DNA from: Candidatus Iainarchaeum sp.
Lineage (GTDB): Archaea; Iainarchaeota; Iainarchaeia; Iainarchaeales; 0-14-0-20-30-16
DNA: 32,000 bases
Reading direction: 5' to 3'
Assembly: GCA_028710695.1 (NCBI GenBank)
Contig: JAQTTP010000007.1
Span: 15,357 to 47,356, forward strand
Shown here: one piece after another, positions 31,624-32,000 of the stretch
Numbering within the stretch: position 1 is the stretch's first letter
How the letters are laid out: each line of letters opens with the position of its first letter
Position numbers and translations under genes: made by a program
Notes under the pieces: generated by a model
The model's input: only the letters and a program-made list of their open reading frames with translations
Database searches by the model: none
Told to the model about the DNA's origin: nothing

Positions 31624-32000
31624 TACAACCTTTCATTCTCGGGGAACTTCTCAATTGAGTACCGCAACATCGTTCTTGGCATCTTTTTAAAGTGTTTATC
31701 TAAAAATTTCTTTTCAACAGAAATTTCTTTTTTTCCTATTTCTCTCAGCATCCAGCCTACTGCTTTGTGTATCAAATCGTGCTTATCTTCAAGCAGGATT
31801 TCTGCAATCTTCAATGCATCTTCAAAAGAATCATTTTTTATAAACCAAAAAGTAGAAATTACCGCAATTCTTTTTTCCCACAAATCTTTTGACTTTACAA
31901 GTTTATACAAAATTAACTTTTCTTTATCAACCAAATATTCCCCCACAATTTTATGGGCAGACAAATCCACTAAATCCCAGTTGTTTATATATTTCGTATT
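31608..32000 (-). CDS. DNA alkylation repair protein (AlkD-like HEAT-repeat family), partial (N-terminus beyond right edge)
   Basis: The frame stays open to position 32000 (NTKYINNWDLVDLSAHKIVGEY...). The motifs WEKRIAVISTFWFIK and IHKAVGWMLREIGKK are typical of PF08713. The 3' end overlaps the dus 3' end by 16 nt. Confidence 0.75.
   Translation of the reverse strand, partial: NTKYINNWDLVDLSAHKIVGEYLVDKEKLILYKLVKSKDLWEKRIAVISTFWFIKNDSFEDALKIAEILLEDKHDLIHKAVGWMLREIGKKEISVEKKFLDKHFKKMPRTMLRYSIEKFPENERLYYLKS

Noticed and set aside
1-32000. CRISPR arrays, transposases/IS ends, integrases, toxin-antitoxin or known defence genes, and rRNA
   Set aside because: No regularly spaced direct repeats occur and no intergenic region exceeds about 225 nt. 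No ORF has DDE, tyrosine/serine recombinase, Cas or typical TA motifs, and no rRNA-like GC-rich long non-coding segment is present.

Overview
This is a visibly AT-rich, very gene-dense archaeal chromosome segment. The longest non-coding gap I see is about 225 nt (14428-14653). Archaeal hallmarks include an archaeal-type PheRS beta subunit, a ~900 aa AlaRS, an archaeal/eukaryal-type GluRS, a family-B DNA polymerase, a type-2 methionine aminopeptidase and an STT3/AglB oligosaccharyltransferase. A TrmB-family regulator, a NurA-like nuclease, a DRG-type GTPase and a small eL41 gene missing from the ORF track fit the same picture. Composition, compaction and divergent housekeeping proteins suggest a small-genome DPANN-like archaeon; this is inference only. 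I found no CRISPR array, transposase, integrase, intein, rRNA or recognisable defence or toxin gene, so most of the window is housekeeping. Contents are four aaRS genes, tRNA-Glu(UUC), polB-map, a minimal NifS/IscU Fe-S pair, an alaS-aglB-GlcNAc-1-P-transferase co-directional block, Nudix, GNAT, Dus, AdoMetDC and AlkD-like genes. The points most worth a second look follow. (1) Several core enzymes carry substitutions at normally near-invariant catalytic motif positions: PolB SLYPS->SLHPS and NSxYG->ASFYG, DRG DxxG->ELPA and NKxD->RGED, AglB WWDYG->WWSEG, a kinase-fold protein HGDLH->HGHLH, and GluRS MSK->ASG. (2) A block of family-less, sequon-rich surface and coiled-coil genes lies at 22091-25564, including an internally duplicated surface protein and a translationally coupled coiled-coil/type-I membrane protein pair. 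(3) An unusually GC-rich multi-hairpin element sits beside tRNA-Glu. (4) IscU is fused to a DUF1858-like CxxC domain. I cannot claim a clearly defined new system from the sequence alone; the 22-25.6 kb surface module is the best candidate for lineage-specific biology.
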